Assembly: GCA_963726255.1 (NCBI GenBank) | Contig: CAVSBL010000002.1 | Span: 1,216,001-1,280,000 of the forward strand | From: Candidatus Bathyarchaeota archaeon | GTDB lineage: Archaea; Thermoproteota; Bathyarchaeia; 40CM-2-53-6 | Direction of reading: 5' to 3' | Length of the DNA stretch: 64,000 nt | In this document: positions 30,517-38,976 of the stretch, piece after piece | Position numbering within the stretch: the first letter of the stretch is position 1 | How the letters are laid out: the number at the start of each line of letters is the position of its first letter | Notes under the pieces: model-generated | What the model was told of the DNA's origin: nothing | Seen by the model: only the letters and a program-made list of their open reading frames with translations | Databases searched by the model: none | Translations under genes and position numbers: made by a program

Positions 30517-31305
30517 TTGAAGGCAGAAATGCAAACTCTCTGGGGTTCCTTCAGGATGAGCATGCTGAATTTCTTTTCCGACCCACAGTGGATAATACCG
30601 AACATAATTGCGCCTTTCGTATTCACCGCCGTAGCTTTGATATTCTTCAGAAACGCCTCAGGTTCCCTCGCCTTGTATGCGGTTTTGGGTGGTGGAATGA
30701 TGGGCATGTGGGGCAGCACTCTTTACGGAGCAGGGTTTGCCTTGTCATTCGACCGCTGGAATGGGACTTTAGAATATGTTCTGGCGACACCGTCTCGGCT
30801 AGTCTGGATCGTCGCAGGCCGTTCCGCTTCCAGCGCTGTTCTGGGACTCGTAAATGCGCTGGCCGTACTCATTGTTGCAGTTCTCGGTTTCAAAGCCCAG
30901 CTTGGTATCGTCGACCCAGTCACATTTCTGTTAGCCTTGGTTCTGACCCTTGCATCACTTTCCGCGCTAGGAGTCCTATTCTGCTCCTCTTTCCTCCTAA
31001 CCCGCTCAGCTTCGGTACTGACGAATGGGTTGGAGATGCCGATCTATGTAGCGTCAGGTTCAATGTTTCCTATAGCATTGCTTCCATTTTGGTCGCATCC
31101 TCTCTCATTATCGCTGGGACCAACGTGGGGAATTGATGCAATGCGCCACGCCGCCGACGCCACTTACACTGGGATGAGTTTCGGTTTCTGGCCGGACATC
31201 CTGGTTTTGGTCGCTTCAACCATTGTTTACTTGGCCATAGGGTTCTGGCTCTTCATTATCGTAGAGAAGAAAGCGCGGCGGGACGCTAGCCTGGTGGAGT
31301 ATTAG
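30517..31305 (+). CDS. ABC-2 permease
   Basis: Multi-TM; R..GTLE...TP, SG..FPI..LP motifs. Confidence 0.88.
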   Translation: MKAEMQTLWGSFRMSMLNFFSDPQWIIPNIIAPFVFTAVALIFFRNASGSLALYAVLGGGMMGMWGSTLYGAGFALSFDRWNGTLEYVLATPSRLVWIVAGRSASSAVLGLVNALAVLIVAVLGFKAQLGIVDPVTFLLALVLTLASLSALGVLFCSSFLLTRSASVLTNGLEMPIYVASGSMFPIALLPFWSHPLSLSLGPTWGIDAMRHAADATYTGMSFGFWPDILVLVASTIVYLAIGFWLFIIVEKKARRDASLVEY

Positions 31306-31308
31306 CCT

Positions 31309-32121
31309 TTGGCTTCAAACCTCCAAGAGTGGCCTGCCCTCCGAATATTCTTCAGCAGCGCCAACTTCGCATTCAGGGCCCTGTTTTCTTGGCTGCGTCC
31401 GGAAATGTGGCTAATGCAGGTTCTTACGTTGCCCCTATTCGAGATGGCTTTCTTCGTCTACCTGGCCCGCTTCGTGGCTCCGGCATCGTCGAATATCGCT
31501 TTCATTGCAGTGGGTAATGCCATGCAAGTGGCATCATTCAGCTCGATCTTCGCTGTTTGCAACCTCACCTCGGAGGAGAAATGGCAAGGAACGCTCATAC
31601 CGCTCATCGCGACGCCTGCAAATCGGTTTCCACTCTTCTTAGGCCGCGCCACATTCCAGATATTCAACGGAATGGCCTCGATCGCTGTGGGGTTCATCTA
31701 CGCCACATTCATCTTCGGCGTCGACATGTCGCAGGCCAACTTTCTAACACTCTCCCTAGTCATTCTAATCACATCACTGGCCATGACCGGCTTCGGGTTG
31801 ATGCTTGGGAGTATCGGCCTCTTCATGCGGACAGCCATGATAATTGCAAACATATTCCTCTTCATCGGGCAACTGCTCTGCGGTGTCAATTTCCCCGTTA
31901 CAGTACTCCCCACCTGGCTGCAACCGGTCTCTTACGCCATTCCCATGACATATGGAACAATGGCTGCGAGGGAAGCGGTTCAGGGGTGGGGGATTGTGCA
32001 ACTTGGACCGGTGCTTTTGCAGGAAATTGGGGCGGGTACCGCAAGCATACTTGTCGGTTACTTGCTCTTCAGAGGGTTTGAAATCCTCGCGATACGAAGA
32101 GGAACGTTAGAAGAATACTAA
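31309..32121 (+). CDS. ABC-2 permease
   Basis: Multi-TM; EK..GTL..TP, GVNFPV..LP.W. Confidence 0.88.
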   Translation: MASNLQEWPALRIFFSSANFAFRALFSWLRPEMWLMQVLTLPLFEMAFFVYLARFVAPASSNIAFIAVGNAMQVASFSSIFAVCNLTSEEKWQGTLIPLIATPANRFPLFLGRATFQIFNGMASIAVGFIYATFIFGVDMSQANFLTLSLVILITSLAMTGFGLMLGSIGLFMRTAMIIANIFLFIGQLLCGVNFPVTVLPTWLQPVSYAIPMTYGTMAAREAVQGWGIVQLGPVLLQEIGAGTASILVGYLLFRGFEILAIRRGTLEEY

Positions 32122-32188
32122 AAGAATCAATTCCGTTGCTTCCGACATGCTATTCTAGAAGTAGGCTACTGAGTCTAGCGGCCGGTTT

Positions 32189-32359
32189 GCCGGGGTAGCC
32201 AAGAGACCAGCTTCTGGTCGGGCAACCTGGTATGGCGTCGGCTTGCTAAACCCGCAAAACGAGTGCCGTAAGCCGATGACTCTCTGAGTCTCGTGGGTTC
32301 AAATCCAGCTGTGGGGTGTTTCGGACACACCCCCGGTGGTGAAAATCCCACCCCCGGCG
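32189..32359 (+). tRNA. tRNA-Ser(GCT) with three introns: D-loop 15/16 (32204-32225), 37/38 (32249-32270) and T-loop 59/60 (32304-32345)
   Basis: Removing the three segments gives GCCGGGGTAGCCAAGCCTGGTATGGCGTCGGCTTGCTAAGCCGATGACTCTCTGAGTCTCGTGGGTTCAAATCCCACCCCCGGCG (long variable arm, G discriminator); each junction forms a BHB-like motif, the third perfect (TTCA/TGAA). Confidence 0.9.
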
Positions 32360-32586
32360 CCTCACAAACCTAGTAGACTCTGTTCCACTGGAGAGAAGTG
32401 TGTGTGGATCTGTTTGCGCGCGCACCCAGAAGCTGTCCCTCCTCCTAGTCATTTTCTTGGACATCAAAGGAACCGAAATTTGATTGATGAAGAGCGAATT
32501 TGCGATAAGACATAAACTTAACTAGTATGCTGGAGATGGCGCGTCGCAACTCGCCTTGTCAGTACAGATCAGGAGGTGGAATAATT

Positions 32587-32892
32587 ATGGCAAAATACAT
32601 GATCGAGTTCAATCCCCCCGTAGATGCGAAGAATAGTTTCGAGAAAAGTCCGGATTTGCAGAAAAAGATGGGAGAGGCTATAGAGCGAATGAAGCCTCTC
32701 GCTGCTTGGTTCACCTTGAGGTACGGTTTCTTCGTGGTGGAAGCAAACTCAAACGACGAACTCACCAGGAAAGTGGCGCCGTTCTTCTACCTGTTCAAGA
32801 CAGACGTGAAAATATCACCGGCCTTAGGTCTAGATGAGTTCCCCAAGGTTGTGGCTGCCCTCGGTGAAGAAGCAAAGAAGTACGGATACTAG
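32587..32892 (+). CDS. DUF3303-like small dimeric alpha/beta-barrel protein
   Basis: KP.AAWFT..R.GFFVVE...APFF..V.I.P pattern; GGAGGTG RBS. Confidence 0.6.
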   Translation: MAKYMIEFNPPVDAKNSFEKSPDLQKKMGEAIERMKPLAAWFTLRYGFFVVEANSNDELTRKVAPFFYLFKTDVKISPALGLDEFPKVVAALGEEAKKYGY

Positions 32893-33029
32893 AGAAGGTC
32901 CGCCTACAATTTCCGTGCGAGGTTGGACTTGTCCCCTTTATTTTCATTAGACCGTTCTTCCGTGCTGTGACACACCTTGCATTCTTCGAAGTACGCGAGC
33001 GGAGCAAAATGAACTCGACCCGCCAACCC

Positions 33030-33167
33030 AAGAGTTTAGTAAGTCACGCATTATGCATGAACGATAGCGGATTGTCCGACGCGAAAGACTTGAGCAATGA
33101 TAATCATCCGGTGTTCGCCGAGTCACGCACAAAAAGCACGGGGGGTTCAAATCCCACCCCCGGCGCC
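33030..33167 (+). repeat. att-like unit A: int(N)-like mini-ORF ending in an intron-less tRNA-Ser 3' end
   Basis: 33143-33167 GGGTTCAAATCCCACCCCCGGCGCC equals the spliced tRNA 3' end; upstream part homologous to 34282-34420. Confidence 0.85.
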
Positions 33168-33179
33168 ATTTATTTTCGC

Positions 33180-33216
33180 GTGTGTATCTAGTGGTGCGAA
33201 CAAGCGAATTTGAACC
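33180..33216 (-). repeat. Degenerate reverse-oriented tRNA-3'-like repeat, copy 1
   Basis: GTGTGT..TCTAGTGGTGCG..CAA..GAATTTGAAC, repeated at 34219-34260. Confidence 0.6.
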
Positions 33217-33288
33217 GTCGCGGTTTGTCGTCAAGATTCTGCGTGGGTATAGCTGGTGCGCACACACAAAGGAAACGCGTTTAGTTCG

Positions 33289-34020
33289 TTATTCGAGCAA
33301 TCGGAGTGTAGCTTTCATTCTACTGTCGAAAAGAATGTGCCTCCATCTCGTGTCAGAGCTCTGCCCTTTCATTGACCTTGCCCTGATTGTGTTGATGACC
33401 TCCCCGTGGTGTTCCTTCAGCTTGAGCTCGAACACTCCATCTGACACCAGCTTCATTTCCTGATAGAATTGTGGCGTATGTATATCAACTGCCAGACCAA
33501 GGATCATGACAGCTCCCTGAGCCCTCCATACTCCCACGACCTTTCTAGAGAACTTCGCAAACACCTTATCCTGATCACCCCCCAAGCTCGAAAATGATTC
33601 TACAAAAACCAACGTTCCTGGCGGCCATTGGGGTGCCGACTGACCTATGGTAATGGACCGTTCGTTCAGGTTTGAGGCCGTGTATTGATATTTCTCAGAT
33701 GACTTCACACCCATTAGCCCGGAATAAACATCAAAGAGAACGGCATTATCTCTCGCCTCGTATTCCGCTATGTTCACTCCAAGATCGTTTAATTCCTTCC
33801 TGATTTCGACCGTGGGCCTAGATGAGTGCAAGTAGAGCAGATCCCCACCAGTCTTCAAATGTTCCGCTGCAATGTTGATCATCAATGAGCTATACTGGCT
33901 ATCAGGATCGTACAAAGCAAGTATCACTCTTCCGTAAGGAATGCTGCCAAAAATCTCGGAAAGAATAGGTAGATCGAGCTTTCTTACTTCAACAGACTCT
34001 GATCCCGAAAGCTGTGGCAA
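33289..34020 (-). CDS. RAD55/KaiC (RecA-fold) family protein with degenerate Walker A
   Basis: IPYG.VI...YDPDS (no GKT), .SDGVFELK......IR..SMKG....RW; start estimated. Confidence 0.72.
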   Translation of the reverse strand: MPQLSGSESVEVRKLDLPILSEIFGSIPYGRVILALYDPDSQYSSLMINIAAEHLKTGGDLLYLHSSRPTVEIRKELNDLGVNIAEYEARDNAVLFDVYSGLMGVKSSEKYQYTASNLNERSITIGQSAPQWPPGTLVFVESFSSLGGDQDKVFAKFSRKVVGVWRAQGAVMILGLAVDIHTPQFYQEMKLVSDGVFELKLKEHHGEVINTIRARSMKGQSSDTRWRHILFDSRMKATLRLLE

Positions 34021-34025
34021 GCATA

Positions 34026-34175
34026 TCAGCGCGATCGCTTCGATCTTAGAATTCGGTAGGGCTGTTCGCGCTGGTCTGTAGCATGGTAATCGTCGGGGTA
34101 GTCCGTCCACCAAGCACGAACCGATTCGGGAGGTTTCTGAATCATCAATTCGAGGTTAGGAACTTCAGAATCCAT
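34026..34175 (-). pseudogene. Probable gene fragment
   Basis: Short ORF (PPESVRAWWTDYPDDY...EQPYRI) that looks like an N-terminal remnant inside the island. Confidence 0.3.
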
Positions 34176-34218
34176 GCAGTCGCATTGGTTCGTATGGCTT
34201 TTGAGTCTTCCCTTTTTT

Positions 34219-34260
34219 GTGTGTGTGGGTCTAGTGGTGCGGGCAACGGAATTTGAACTC
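34219..34260 (-). repeat. Degenerate reverse-oriented tRNA-3'-like repeat, copy 2
   Basis: Reverse complement reads GTTCAAATTCCGTTGCCCGCACCA. Confidence 0.6.
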
Positions 34261-34281
34261 GCCGTAATTGGATGTCGACCT

Positions 34282-34420
34282 AAGAGTTCAGTGTAAGACA
34301 AGCATTATTCATGAACGATAGTAGTTTGTCAGACTCCAAAGGCTCAGCGAACGACAAACTTCCGGTGTTCATCCAGCCAAGCACAGGAACTGCGGGGGGT
34401 TCAAATCCCACCCCCGGCGC
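34282..34420 (+). repeat. att-like unit B: int(N)-like mini-ORF ending in an intron-less tRNA-Ser 3' end
   Basis: 34397-34420 is a 24-nt match to the spliced tRNA 3' end; ATG-to-core distance is 86 nt, the same as in unit A. Confidence 0.85.
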
Positions 34421-34525
34421 TTTCAGCTACGCTCAGTCTATTGAAACACGCAGCTCATTTCTTGCGCAACGTGTTTTCTGGAACCAGCAACCTCGAATGA
34501 TAAGCTAAAGCGCCCGCGTGAGATC

Positions 34526-34921
34526 CTAGGGAGACCCTAGCTTATTGGCGCGCGCCAGCAGGTCCCTCAAGGCCTTTCGTCCGAACATTTGGGAGTGCAT
34601 GCATAGGATTCCAAGCAGTTTCTCCTCCATTTCCTTTTGGCACCCCTTCATCCCTTTCGACACCTTTTTCTCTGCTTCCATCCCACGACGTGTAAGCTCG
34701 TAGTATATCCTGCCAGTTTTCTCGTCTTTTTTCGAGCGTATGACCCCTCTGCGTTCCATTCTTCGCAGGAAAGGGTAGATTGTACCGTAGCTAACCTTGA
34801 TGTGGCCTCCGGTCATTTTCCGAAAACGTGCTGCGAGTTGATACCCATAGGCAGGCCCCTCTCTCATGGCCATGTAAAACATCACTTCGTATGGTCGAGG
34901 CTCTGCTTCTTTCGCCATCAA
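34526..34921 (-). CDS. PadR-family transcriptional regulator
   Basis: GPAYGYQL, VSYGTIYPFLRRME..G, YYELT..G. Confidence 0.92.
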   Translation of the reverse strand: MMAKEAEPRPYEVMFYMAMREGPAYGYQLAARFRKMTGGHIKVSYGTIYPFLRRMERRGVIRSKKDEKTGRIYYELTRRGMEAEKKVSKGMKGCQKEMEEKLLGILCMHSQMFGRKALRDLLARANKLGSP

Positions 34922-34937
34922 TCATCCCCGCCCCATG

Positions 34938-35004
34938 TATCAGCTCGATATATTAAAATACTTGCGGTGCCTATCGGAGCGATATTATCTAATCGATATA
35001 TCGA
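34938..35004. promoter_or_regulatory. Three TATC-N4-CGATAT boxes, putative PadR operators in the divergent promoter
   Basis: 34938-34951, 34972-34985, 34986-34999, plus perfect palindrome TCGATATATCGA at 34993-35004. Confidence 0.6.
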
Positions 35005-35025
35005 AATGAGACTGGGCGCTGGAGT

Positions 35026-35823
35026 ATGCCGGAACCTTCATCTAGGTACGCGATTGAAACTCACGGTCTTACAAAGAACTTTAACAGCTTCACAGCAGTC
35101 GACCACATCGACCTCACTGTTCACAGGGGAGAAATCTACGGATTCCTCGGACCAAACGGCGCAGGGAAGAGCACAACAATACGAATGCTCTGTACTTTAC
35201 TTGCACCGACATCCGGAAGCGCAAGCGTTGACGGATACGACATTGGCAAGCAGGGGAATGAAGTTCGGAAGAGGATTGGGCTGGTTTCTGAGAAGATGAT
35301 CATGTATCCGCGACTGACGGCTTTTGAAAATTTGATGTTCTTTGGCAGACTATACGGAATTGACCGAGGAGCGTTGCGGAAGAAGTCAGAGGAACTGCTG
35401 GAAATGGTCAAGCTAACTCCATTCAAAGACAAGCTTGTGGGTGGTTTCTCAAGCGGGATGAGACAGCGTATAAACGTAATCCGTGCAGTCCTACACGACC
35501 CTGACATCCTTTTCCTCGACGAGCCAACAACTGGACTGGATCCGCAGAGCACACGCTTCGTGAGAGATTTGGTCAAGGAATTGAAACAGCGAGGTCACAC
35601 GATCGTCCTGACGACGCATATAATGGAAGAGGCTGACGAACTCTCCGACCGTGTCTGCATCATCGACAACGGCAAGATCATGGCTGTGGATCCTCCTCAA
35701 GCATTGAAGGAGAAATACAACACTAACAGCCTGCTCGACGTCTTCCTTGAACTCACCGGCCGCGAACTCCGTGACTCTGCAAACGGACGCATCTCAATGC
35801 GAGCACCAATGGGCCGAATGTAG
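35026..35823 (+). CDS. ABC-2 exporter ATP-binding protein
   Basis: GPNGAGKST, FSSGMRQR, LDEPT, TTH. Confidence 0.93.
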   Translation: MPEPSSRYAIETHGLTKNFNSFTAVDHIDLTVHRGEIYGFLGPNGAGKSTTIRMLCTLLAPTSGSASVDGYDIGKQGNEVRKRIGLVSEKMIMYPRLTAFENLMFFGRLYGIDRGALRKKSEELLEMVKLTPFKDKLVGGFSSGMRQRINVIRAVLHDPDILFLDEPTTGLDPQSTRFVRDLVKELKQRGHTIVLTTHIMEEADELSDRVCIIDNGKIMAVDPPQALKEKYNTNSLLDVFLELTGRELRDSANGRISMRAPMGRM

Positions 35824-35824
35824 A

Positions 35825-37032
35825 ATGGCTAAAACAGCGACGTGGGATTTGACGCTCGACATTGCACGCCGCGACCTCCTAGACCTCTGGCGGTCCAAAA
35901 TGCTGCTATTCTTCTTCCTCCTGTTCCCCATCCTGTTGATGAGCATGTTCGGCTACATCTATCCGCCAGTCCCGAAATCTAATGCGAACACAGGCATCAT
36001 CGGCACCGCATTCCCCAATCTCCCAGTCTCATTGGTGCAGATGGATGATGGTAAGACAGCGAACCTGATTGCTGCCCAATTCATCCAAATCTCCCAGCAG
36101 CAAGGACTCTTCACTGTCTCCCAGTCCGCCAGCTACCAATCCGCCCGAAGCCAGCTGGTAGAGGGAAAACTCAAGGGAATCATAATCATTCCACAAGGCT
36201 TCAGCGATGCTCTAACCGCTGAACAGCCCGCCACCGTCCAGGTTACTGTCGACGAAACGAACCCAACTACCGCCTCTGTCGTTCAATCCGAAATCTCAGC
36301 CGTCTTTAACATCATCGGTTCAAGCATGTCCGCGCAAAACATTAACAATATGGATGGTGGCAGAGTCAACCCTGCCTTCATCATGCAGCCCATCTCCGTC
36401 ACTAACATACCGCTAATCACCGGCGTCTCTTCCTCGTTCCAATTCTTGGCTCCAGGCTTCATGGCACTAACCGTAATCACTGGCTCCCTCCAAGGAGTCG
36501 CAACTGCAATATCACGCAAAAAGAACAAGGGACAATGGACGGCCTCCTCGTTGCACCCATCTCCCATCAATCAATAATACTCGGCAAGGTGGCAGCGCAA
36601 ACAGTACGGGGGTTGATCCAGGGACTTCTAATCCTCGGACTATCTATGGTACTCTTCGGCGTCCGGATATACGGCAGCCCATTTATCATGCTAATCGTCA
36701 TGGTGCTCGGCACAGCGAGTTTCGTTGGCGTAGGCATAATAATGACTGCAGTAGCTCCCGACCAAGAAACTGCCCAAATGATGACGATAATTCTCCAGTT
36801 CCCAATGATGTTCATCAGCGGTATCCTATTCCCTATCGACCAACTCCCGGGGTGGATGCAATACATTGGAAAAAGCATGCCACTTTACTACGCGGCAGAT
36901 GCTCTGCGCAAAGTGATTATTCTCAATGCAAGCCTAAGCGCCATCATGCCCGACGTACTGATACTCATCGCCTACACGTTCCTAACAATGACTCTGGCTG
37001 TCCCGTTATTTGAAAGAGCCATGAGGCGCTAG
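35825..37032 (+). pseudogene. ABC-2 permease split by a 1-nt deletion near 36518
   Basis: Expected ISR-EKEQGTMD reads cgc-aaaaagaacaagggacaatggac (one base short); the two ORFs are the N- and C-terminal halves. Confidence 0.8.
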
Positions 37033-37166
37033 CAATCTGCCACGCATTGCCTGAGAAAGGCTGTATCATTTGTGGTTACCGAGACCACCGGTTGATAGGC
37101 TGCGCAACTCATAGGGCGAAAGAATGCAGTTGCTTCAAGAAAGCCGAAAGTAATTGATTCGTTATT

Positions 37167-37862
37167 CTACGCTTTCTTCTTCGACAAGGTAACGGCCATT
37201 ACGCGAGCTTGGTCGCATGCATCTTCGCAGCGGTCCGCAGTATTCTCAATCGCCTCCACGAATTGGCTAAGCAGGATAATCGAACCCACATGCACCCGGT
37301 CTGTTTCTATATCATTGAGGATACCGCGCGCCTTTTGGTGTAGACCGTCCACTTTCTCCTCCAACCGTTCAACTTCGTCTGCTGCTTTCAAGGACGCGTC
37401 GAGACTACCGTCGATAAGTTTCTGCACGGTGTCTGCAACGTGTATTGTGGCTTGAGTCGTAGTTGAACACATTTCCACTAGAACATCTTGAATCTGTTTG
37501 GGCATTTTGGAGAGGTCGAACATGACGAGAATGCGGCTTGCTTCATGCGAACAGTCGGTTATCCAGTCAAGCTGCCTGCCAAGACGCATCAAGCCACTAC
37601 GATCATCGGAAGGCAATTCTCCACGGGCAAGTTCCTCTATGATCCGCCTTCTCATGATATCCGCCTCATGCTCCTTCTGCTCGAGCAACTCGAAGCTCTT
37701 CTGCAACTCTTCCTTCCTACCGCTGATAGCGTTCTGGATGCATTTTCCTAGTAGCTCAACAGTGAGGGTCGTCATCTTTGAGTGTTCAAGCACTAGGCCC
37801 ATTGCCTTCACAGTCCGACGCGCCACCAACCAACTTTCTATCGACATCTCATACCGCCTCAA
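37167..37862 (-). CDS. DUF47 / PhoU-like protein
   Basis: EHEADIMRR, LDWITD, LEEKVD, E..ADRCED..D. Confidence 0.85.
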   Translation of the reverse strand: MRRYEMSIESWLVARRTVKAMGLVLEHSKMTTLTVELLGKCIQNAISGRKEELQKSFELLEQKEHEADIMRRRIIEELARGELPSDDRSGLMRLGRQLDWITDCSHEASRILVMFDLSKMPKQIQDVLVEMCSTTTQATIHVADTVQKLIDGSLDASLKAADEVERLEEKVDGLHQKARGILNDIETDRVHVGSIILLSQFVEAIENTADRCEDACDQARVMAVTLSKKKA

Positions 37863-37877
37863 TCATGATACCGTTAA

Positions 37878-38975
37878 CTACTCCAGGCTGACCTCTTTCT
37901 CCAACCCCTCTTCGGGGTAGTCGAATAAGAGCATATGCGCATTATCTTCGAGAAGCAAGCTGACGCTCTCACCGACCCTGAAACCAGTACTGTATTCGGC
38001 AGTGGACTCCTCGGCAACAATTTCAATTCCCCCTTCAACCTCGACGACGTAACGGTTTAGGCTGCCCAAGAAAGTGACTTGCTTTACCCGCCCCTGCCAT
38101 TCCATCCTAGTAGGAGTTGTCAATGGTACAAATTCAGGGCGAATCGATACGACGACCTTCTGGTCAACTTTCTTCCCAAACCCGGCAACCTTGAGTTTGT
38201 GCCCCTTTACGTCAACCGTGCATTGCGAGCTATGATTTTCCAACACTTTTCCCTCTAGGAGGTTGGTTTCCCCAACGAAATTCTCTGTGAACAGGTTCTT
38301 CGGCGAAAGATAGATTTCAGATGGCTTTCCAACCTCGACAATTCGGCCGCTTTTCATTATAACTATACGATCTGCAATGGACAGTGCTTCCTCTTGATCG
38401 TGCGTCACGTGAATCACCGTCAAACCAAGGTCTGACGCTAGTTTCCTCAGCTCATATCGCAATTCCGTTCTCACTATCGCGTCCAAAGCTCCTAGCGGTT
38501 CGTCTAAGAGGAAAAGATGGGATCCGGTTGCAATGGCTCGACCCACTGCCACTTTCTGTTGTGCGCCGCCGCTTAGCTCCCTTGGATAGGATTTCGATCG
38601 GTCTCGCATGTTGATGAGGTCTAGCATTTCGTTTGTAACCGTCGTAATTTCGCTTGATTGTGCATGCCTAACAGCAAGGCCATAGGATAAGTTGTCCCGG
38701 ACTGACATGTGTGGGAAGAGAGCAATATCCTGGAACACATAGCCGATCCGTCTGTCTTCAATTGGGGTTTCTTCAATGGATTTGCCGTCGATGAGAATTT
38801 GGCCGCTGTCGGGTGTGTGGATGCCTGCAATGCACCGAATCAATGTACTCTTACCGCAACCGCTTGGGCCGAGTATGCACACATACTCCTTGTCTTCAAC
38901 GTGAAGTGAGATGTCGGATAGCGCTTGAATGTCCGCGTAGGTTTTTGATACGCCCATTAAATCCAGTTTTGGCAT
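37878..38975 (-). CDS. ABC importer ATP-binding protein (PotA/MalK-like with TOBE domain)
   Basis: GPSGCGKST, LSGGAQQK, LDEP, VTHDQEEA. Confidence 0.92.
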   Translation of the reverse strand: MPKLDLMGVSKTYADIQALSDISLHVEDKEYVCILGPSGCGKSTLIRCIAGIHTPDSGQILIDGKSIEETPIEDRRIGYVFQDIALFPHMSVRDNLSYGLAVRHAQSSEITTVTNEMLDLINMRDRSKSYPRELSGGAQQKVAVGRAIATGSHLFLLDEPLGALDAIVRTELRYELRKLASDLGLTVIHVTHDQEEALSIADRIVIMKSGRIVEVGKPSEIYLSPKNLFTENFVGETNLLEGKVLENHSSQCTVDVKGHKLKVAGFGKKVDQKVVVSIRPEFVPLTTPTRMEWQGRVKQVTFLGSLNRYVVEVEGGIEIVAEESTAEYSTGFRVGESVSLLLEDNAHMLLFDYPEEGLEKEVSLE

Positions 38976-38976
38976 C

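Noticed and set aside
33047-33054. CGCATTAT resembling the transposon target
   Set aside because: No adjacent TIR, and the paralogous unit reads AGCATTAT; likely chance.
33143-33168. Split-tRNA 3' half or additional tRNA gene
   Set aside because: It covers only the T-arm and acceptor strand, with no anticodon portion or complementary leader; fits an att remnant.
34637-35299. Long overlapping ORFs in the track (this one, 44516-45154, 30588-31136 and similar)
   Set aside because: Alternative-frame or antisense shadows of well-supported genes with no motifs of their own.
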